Below, piece after piece: positions 59,063 to 64,000 of a DNA stretch of 64,000 bases (position 1 is its first letter; each line of letters begins with the position of its first letter). The translations under genes and the position numbers were made by a program. Source of the DNA: a virus; IMG/VR virus record IMGVR_UViG_3300025519_000001, positions 90,760-154,759 of that record, one strand, 5' to 3'. The notes beneath the pieces were generated by a model. That model was not told the DNA's origin. It saw only the letters and a list, made by a program, of their open reading frames with translations, and ran no database searches.

Positions 59063-59248
59063 ATGCGTAGAACTTTTACGGAAGAAGTCGCCTACTATGA
59101 CGCAAAAAAAGTTATGCCAAATGTGTATGTTGGCACAAAAAACATCAAAACAGGCTACCGCATTATTACAGGTAGCGAATCAGGTTATACGTCCGTTATC
59201 GTATCTCATCAACAGGTTGATGCCATTAGAAAATTCTTGAATATATAA
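59063..59248 (+). CDS. Small early protein (61 aa)
   Basis: SD TGGAGG. Confidence 0.7.
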   Translation: MRRTFTEEVAYYDAKKVMPNVYVGTKNIKTGYRIITGSESGYTSVIVSHQQVDAIRKFLNI

Positions 59249-59339
59249 CACAAAAAACAAAAAACAGGGAAGCAGAAAAGACAGTCAAAAAACAATAACA
59301 AAACATCATCTTATAACGCTATAAGGAGAGTGACACACA

Positions 59340-59435
59340 ATGACGCAACGTCAACTAATCCTAGCGATTAGCCGTCTCCAACGGCGACAAATGCTCAAAA
59401 GCCTTTTCGTACATGGTCGCTTGACCATGCGCTGA
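59340..59435 (+). CDS. Small basic peptide (31 aa)
   Basis: Manual: SD AAGGAG, MTQRQLILAISRLQRRQMLKSLFVHGRLTMR. Confidence 0.45.
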   Translation: MTQRQLILAISRLQRRQMLKSLFVHGRLTMR

Positions 59436-59462
59436 AAAAAGCAAAAAATGGAGGAATAACAA

Positions 59463-59741
59463 ATGACAAAAAACCAAACGATCATCCTTTCGGAACTTGC
59501 TCGTCTTGGAATTAAATTCCAATACGACGGCCAAAACCTCCTCACGTTCCAAGAATGGAAAAAGCGCGGCTTTTACGTTCGGCGCGGCGAAAAGGCGTTT
59601 CTCCAAGTGCCTTTGTGGACGCCATGCGAAAAAACCGTTACAAAAGACGGAAAAGAAGAAAAGCAATTCTATTTTATTCTCAAAAAGGCTTCTCTCTTTG
59701 CGCCTTCTCAAGTTGAACGCCTTATAGTAAAAGGCGCATAA
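59463..59741 (+). CDS. ArdC-N-like ssDNA-binding domain protein
   Basis: TFQEWKKRGFYVRRGEKA...LW...F..SQV. Confidence 0.7.
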   Translation: MTKNQTIILSELARLGIKFQYDGQNLLTFQEWKKRGFYVRRGEKAFLQVPLWTPCEKTVTKDGKEEKQFYFILKKASLFAPSQVERLIVKGA

Positions 59742-59857
59742 CAGGAGGTAAAATATACTACAAGAGATAAAAAAATTTGAGTTGATCGACGGAACGAAAA
59801 AATATATAAGCCGTGATAAAATAATTGATATTATGATATGAAGGGAAGGAAATAAAT

Positions 59858-60079
59858 ATGCATAAGTACAATCCCACTACTAACGCAATTGTTATAGGCG
59901 ATTCGTTCCCGTTCCTCTTTTCACGTATCCGTTGCAAGCTGACGGATACAATTTACAAGGCAAAAAACGCCTACCGGTCGCCGGAAGGAGACGATATCTA
60001 TACATTCGTTTCTGATTGCGGAAAATCGTTTGACTCCGCGATCTATGTCGGATTTTTTGACAAGTACGAAAGCGTATAG
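59858..60079 (+). CDS. Small early protein
   Basis: SD AAGGA, 73 aa. Confidence 0.55.
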   Translation: MHKYNPTTNAIVIGDSFPFLFSRIRCKLTDTIYKAKNAYRSPEGDDIYTFVSDCGKSFDSAIYVGFFDKYESV

Positions 60080-60117
60080 ATCTAGGAGCTCGCTCGAGAG
60101 TGTCGGACAGCCACCAT

Positions 60118-60144
60118 AGAAGCCTAATAATAGGCTTCTTTTTT
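60118..60144 (+). terminator. Intrinsic terminator inside the early operon
   Basis: AGAAGCCTA-ataa-TAGGCTTCT-TTTTT. Confidence 0.7.
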
Positions 60145-60180
60145 ATAAAAACAAAAAAACAAAAAATGGAGGAATCTACA

Positions 60181-60438
60181 ATGTCCGAAAACAAAAAGAA
60201 AGCTATTCTGTCCGCTGCTCGCGGAAGCTGGCAGTACAATGTAGCTAGCATGTTGGCATCTGGTCGGCCTATCCAGTCTCCCTTTTCAACGTTGCGCGGA
60301 AAAGCAAAAAATTACGAGTTACATTACAAATCATCTTTCCTGTCGCTCCTCTCCCGTCTCCAAGCAGCAGGAATCCGCATTGAGCGGACGCCGGGAGTCC
60401 GCGGCGGCGAGTATACTGCTACATATCGAGTAGTATAA
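60181..60438 (+). CDS. Small basic early protein
   Basis: SD TGGAGG, MSENKKKAIL... Confidence 0.7.
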   Translation: MSENKKKAILSAARGSWQYNVASMLASGRPIQSPFSTLRGKAKNYELHYKSSFLSLLSRLQAAGIRIERTPGVRGGEYTATYRVV

Positions 60439-60535
60439 CGGTCGCGATATGCTAGGACGCATAACTAAAATATGATATTATGGTTGTGCGTCCGATGGAT
60501 AGCGCGACTATCCAAAAAAAAGAAGGAGGAATAGT

Positions 60536-60682
60536 ATGAAACCTTTGACGCTGAGCGACATTATAAAAGCCTTCGACACTCAGAACAAAGACAAGCCCCA
60601 AAAGCATATTTTTTATGACGGCTTTCCCGGTCTGCCGCGCATAACGGCAGACGATTTGCGCGACTATCAGCGGCCCTTTTAA
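60536..60682 (+). CDS. Small early protein (48 aa)
   Basis: Manual: SD AAGGAGG, MKPLTLSDIIKAFD... Confidence 0.6.
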   Translation: MKPLTLSDIIKAFDTQNKDKPQKHIFYDGFPGLPRITADDLRDYQRPF

Positions 60683-60793
60683 TTGTTTTTACCATGCTAC
60701 TAGGACGCATAACAGCAACATGATACAATTACACACAGTATAGGCGCTGTTGTGCGTTCAAAAACCTATATTGGAAAATGGAGGAACAAAAAA

Positions 60794-60940
60794 ATGAGAA
60801 ATACGATATTAAGAGATATGGATACTTTGCATCATGATCCTGTTAATGGCTTTTATGACAAATCTTTAGACATGTTTTTTTCTGACTTGGGCGAATGGTT
60901 AAAATTTAAATATGAGAAAAAATGGAGTGATATTTTATGA
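60794..60940 (+). CDS. Small early protein
   Basis: SD TGGAGG, MRNTILRDMD... Confidence 0.6.
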   Translation: MRNTILRDMDTLHHDPVNGFYDKSLDMFFSDLGEWLKFKYEKKWSDIL

Positions 60941-61197
60941 ACATAACAATTGAACAATATCATGAGTATATGTTTTTAATCGAACAAGAAATGCTTAATA
61001 ATAAAATGCTATATAACAAAGCAGCCAACGAAAAGTGGGATGGATGGGAAGAAACATGTAACAATTTAAGAGAAAGAAATAAGCAATTGAGAAATACTTG
61101 GTTCATGCTCAATAAACCCGAAAATGGAACGCCGAATGGATGCGCAGAATTTTATGCGCCAGAAAAGCAACGATATATAAATAATCTTATTCCTTGA
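60937..61197 (+). CDS. Small early protein
   Basis: ATGA overlap with previous gene, SD GGAG. Confidence 0.65.
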   Translation: MNITIEQYHEYMFLIEQEMLNNKMLYNKAANEKWDGWEETCNNLRERNKQLRNTWFMLNKPENGTPNGCAEFYAPEKQRYINNLIP

Positions 61198-61311
61198 TCA
61201 TTTATTCTACCATGCTAGAACGCACAAATGGCCGTTCGTGCGTTCAATGAATGGTAAAAACATCCACTATAAAAATAAAATATTACATATCACAAAAAGG
61301 AGTAATGAAAA

Positions 61312-61839
61312 ATGGAAATCAGAATCTATGTTGCTAACCTTGCCGCTTATAACGCCGGCTTTCTTGTCGGAGAGTGGATCGACCTTCCACTTTCTGACGA
61401 AGAACTGCGCGAAAAAATCCAGTCCATTCTCGACGCCTGGAACGATGGCTTTTCGCCGTCGGAAGAATATGCCATTCATGACTATGAAGCGCCTTTCTCC
61501 ATTGGCGAATATGACAGTCCGTATAAAATCAATGAATGGGCAGAAAGACTGTCAAACATCAGCGAAGATGAAGAAGTAATAAATGCCATTATTAACCATT
61601 TTTCGACTGTAGAAGAAGCGATAGAAACCATTGAAAACGGCGAATATCGAATTTATAATGATTGTGATGACATGGCGGACGTAGCATTCCAATTATGGGA
61701 GGAATCCGGCAGACTTGCAGAAGTCGAAAAAGTCATTTCTCCCAGTTATATCGACTGGGAAGCAATCGGAAGGGATATGGAAATTGAAGGAACGTTTATA
61801 AAAACAAATTATAATACGTTTGTTGAAATTATTGGATAG
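61312..61839 (+). CDS. ardA: ArdA antirestriction protein (type I R-M DNA mimic)
   Basis: IYVANLAAYNAG.LVGEWIDLP, EEYAIHDYE, YIDWEAIGRDM; very acidic. Confidence 0.93.
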   Translation: MEIRIYVANLAAYNAGFLVGEWIDLPLSDEELREKIQSILDAWNDGFSPSEEYAIHDYEAPFSIGEYDSPYKINEWAERLSNISEDEEVINAIINHFSTVEEAIETIENGEYRIYNDCDDMADVAFQLWEESGRLAEVEKVISPSYIDWEAIGRDMEIEGTFIKTNYNTFVEIIG

Positions 61840-61851
61840 AGGGTGGTTTAA

Positions 61852-62046
61852 ATGGGCGTATTCAATGGCGTTATTAAAGGACAAAACAAAACTGTAACTT
61901 ATATGACGTCGGATGGATTGAAGGATACTATAAATCTTGTAATAACAAATGTAAATGAAACGCATATTTGCGGACTTCAAGAAGTTTGCGGAGGCAGAAA
62001 AATCGAAAGAATAATTTACGGCGATTATATTATTAGTATCCAATAA
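61852..62046 (+). CDS. Small early protein
   Basis: SD GAGGG, 64 aa. Confidence 0.55.
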   Translation: MGVFNGVIKGQNKTVTYMTSDGLKDTINLVITNVNETHICGLQEVCGGRKIERIIYGDYIISIQ

Positions 62047-62154
62047 CCAGTTACAACGCTTTTCAGCCGCATAACAGGCATACAAGCCTATTGTGCGGCT
62101 TATAAAGCGTTGTAGTAGCGCAAGCAGCGCCATAATAACAGGAGGCGATATAAC

Positions 62155-62583
62155 ATGTCCAAATATGCACTTGTAACCAACGCCAACAATCAAACAATCA
62201 AAATGGTCTATAACAGCCAGGCCATAGGAGTAATGGATTCTGCTACATATCGCGCTACTAAATCTTATTTAAAGCGTTACCTTTTCCATGAAACAAATCA
62301 AGCGGGAATTCCGCTTGAGTACCACAGACACATAACAGATTCGTTTCCGAATTTCGAAATTGTTTTTGAAAATGAACAGGATTCACAAGCTTGCGCGAAG
62401 CTTGCGCTTCTTTTCAGGCTTCAAAAAGGCGTTCATGACGTTAATAAAATTTTTCTAATGGCGCAGCGCATAGAAAATTTCACAAGAGAGGAGGCGGCCT
62501 ATTGGCTTTCTAGGACGTTGCATGGCACGGACGAACATAGGAAATGGGCAGTAAAAGGCTTGCGGATTATGTTGGCTGGATGA
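62155..62583 (+). CDS. Early protein with FTREEAAYWL helical domain
   Basis: SD AGGAGG; LALLFRLQ...FTREEAAYWL...WA..GLRIML. Confidence 0.65.
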   Translation: MSKYALVTNANNQTIKMVYNSQAIGVMDSATYRATKSYLKRYLFHETNQAGIPLEYHRHITDSFPNFEIVFENEQDSQACAKLALLFRLQKGVHDVNKIFLMAQRIENFTREEAAYWLSRTLHGTDEHRKWAVKGLRIMLAG

Positions 62584-62703
62584 TGTTATGATAATCTAAC
62601 AACAGATAGAACCGGCAAATGTTCGGTGCGCCGGTTCTATTAAAAACAAAGTAGGCGAGAGGGGCCTACCAAATTGACTCGTGATATCAAGGAGGAAAAT
62701 CAC

Positions 62704-63156
62704 ATGAAAAAATGGTATATCGATGATGTTTTTGTGCGCGAAGGCCGCATGTATGATCGCGGCTACTACATTGCGCAGAATGACGCGAAGGCATGGGTCG
62801 AGTGGCGAGAGCCTATTCCAAACGGCGAGACATACACATTTCCGCTCTCGGAATGCGCACATGAAGATGGTACGCCGATCCAAGTTGAGGACGGCGAACT
62901 AATTGGTACAATAGTCGAAGTCTCTGTGGATCGTCTCGAAATCCGCGAAGACTTTCCAAATCGGGACGAGGCATACGCTATTCTGACGGACGGCCAGCAC
63001 TTTGCCTTCGCGTGGGGGCCGAAATACCCCTACGCCGAAATAGTTCCGGCGCAGGATGTGAGGGACGGCGAGAGCGGGCTGGAGTGGTACGCCACCGAGC
63101 ATGAGGCTCGGGCGGCGATGAACGAGGCGACGGATGCCTGGAACACGCAGGGCTAG
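62704..63156 (+). CDS. Acidic early protein
   Basis: SD AAGGAGG, MKKWYIDDV...; higher GC than flanks. Confidence 0.7.
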   Translation: MKKWYIDDVFVREGRMYDRGYYIAQNDAKAWVEWREPIPNGETYTFPLSECAHEDGTPIQVEDGELIGTIVEVSVDRLEIREDFPNRDEAYAILTDGQHFAFAWGPKYPYAEIVPAQDVRDGESGLEWYATEHEARAAMNEATDAWNTQG

Positions 63157-63211
63157 GGACTGTCTCGCGCAAGCCGAGACCGCCGGGAAACCGGCGCTCC
63201 GCTCAACCTGC
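63147..63211 (+). ncRNA. Twister-sister-like self-cleaving ribozyme (three-way type), copy 1
   Basis: GCAGG-GCTAG-GGA-CT-GTCTCG CGCAAGC CGAGAC-CGCCGG GAAA CCGGCG-C-TCC-GCTCA-A-CCTGC; predicted cut C63204/A63205. Confidence 0.8.
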
Positions 63212-63271
63212 TATAACAGGCGGCGCGTAAGACCGCACCAAATGGGCGGCGGCGCGAAAGGAGAATGAAAT

Positions 63272-63874
63272 ATGACTTGGGATGCATGGGATTATTACAA
63301 TAATTGCCCCGTTTGTGGCGAGGCAAACTATACCAGTCATGGTTATTGCTCGGACGAGCACTACCTGACTTCGCTCAATAATGAGGAAAAATTTGCATAT
63401 CTATCCCAAAAAGCAGCCAAAGACGCTGCCGAAAGGGAGCGAGAAGCGAAGCAAGTACAGCGCATTATTTCATTCATTAACACCCATAAACCCGTATACC
63501 AAATGCCGGCAGATTCTGTCTGCTTTTGGTGGGAAGATCGCTATCGCCCTGATTTTACGGATTTTCTCGGGAGATGGCAACGTAACAAATGCTTTTGTTA
63601 CGGTCGCGTGGTTTACGGTGATAGAGGCATATGGGCGGAAAGTCTCCTTGAACTGGAGGAGGCTTTCCACCAAAAGAAAGTAAAAATTGTCTACGACATT
63701 AAAGATCATTTGGGTAATTTAGTGTCGTGGGAAGACTTCCTGTATTACGCGGTTACGGCCTGCGTCAATACGGAAGAGCAGTTCCTTGGCATCAAAAATT
63801 CCGCCAAAGAATTCATTCTTGGGCGGAATAGCAAAATCCAGAGGTATTCTTTTGCAGATGGGCTAGAACCCTGA
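63272..63874 (+). CDS. Early protein with N-terminal Zn finger
   Basis: CPVC...YCS..H; SD AAGGAG. Confidence 0.7.
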   Translation: MTWDAWDYYNNCPVCGEANYTSHGYCSDEHYLTSLNNEEKFAYLSQKAAKDAAEREREAKQVQRIISFINTHKPVYQMPADSVCFWWEDRYRPDFTDFLGRWQRNKCFCYGRVVYGDRGIWAESLLELEEAFHQKKVKIVYDIKDHLGNLVSWEDFLYYAVTACVNTEEQFLGIKNSAKEFILGRNSKIQRYSFADGLEP

Positions 63875-63939
63875 GCAGGGCTAGGCCCAGTCCCGTGAAA
63901 GCCGGGGCCGCCCCGAAAGGGGCGCGGCGCTCAACCTGC
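63875..63939 (+). ncRNA. Twister-sister-like self-cleaving ribozyme (three-way type), copy 2
   Basis: GCAGGGCTAGGCCCAGTCCCGTGAAAGCCGGGGCCGCCCCGAAAGGGGCGCGGCGCTCAACCTGC closely matches, from memory, the crystallised three-way twister-sister; predicted cut C63932/A63933. Confidence 0.88.
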
Positions 63940-63972
63940 TATAACAGCAGGAAAAATTTAGGAGGGATTCAC

Positions 63973-64000
63973 ATGGAAAAGACTATTCAAATTAAGAGTG
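63973..64000 (+). CDS. Start of next early gene (truncated by window end)
   Basis: SD AGGAGG, MEKTIQIKS... Confidence 0.5.

Larger units (their letters stand above)
58691..59291. repeat. Two pairs of 27-28 bp inverted repeats, each enclosing one gene
   Basis: 58691-58717 / 58983-59009 perfect; 59014-59041 / 59264-59291 with 2 mismatches. Confidence 0.9.
60442..62104 (+). repeat. Family of four related intergenic long hairpins (candidate RNase III sites)
   Basis: Shared (G/A)CGCA(T/C)AA...(T/C)GTGCG(T/G) stems at ~60442-60510, 60690-60760, 61208-61256, 62051-62104. Confidence 0.65.

Noticed and set aside
1-64000. tRNA, rRNA, lysis cassette, arbitrium genes, att site
   Set aside because: None recognised in this window; they may lie outside it.

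Overview
Low-GC segment of a large SPbeta-like temperate siphophage (or phage-plasmid) of a Bacillota host, probably Paenibacillaceae-like (inferred from the surface-protein moron). 1-51.7 kb is a minus-strand late block. Reading right to left it holds a YonO-like single-subunit RNA polymerase and a coupled sigma-like ORF, HU, PIN-PhoH, phosphoesterase, ClpP, terminase, portal, protease/scaffold, capsid, head-tail and tail tube genes, and a three-glycosyltransferase + methyltransferase cassette. It continues with a tail-module tyrosine recombinase, tape measure, split Dit, Tal, PAAR-like tip and modular fibre/adhesin genes, plus morons (Panacea toxin-antitoxin pair, surface protein, GIY-YIG endonuclease). 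52-57.2 kb is a plus-strand recombinase/HTH/RecD2/iteron/Rep module. After a strand-skewed non-coding stretch (possible packaging end), 58-64 kb is an early anti-defence operon (ArdA, ArdC-N, many small ORFs) behind a perfect sigma-A promoter. The most striking observation is the RNA architecture of this operon: a ~450-nt structured leader with a boxA-like motif, genes looped out by long co-varying inverted repeats, a family of related intergenic hairpins, and two twister-sister-like ribozymes at stop codons. A separate three-way-junction/pseudoknot element recurs in late 5' UTRs. All calls come from motif reading only; no searches were run.
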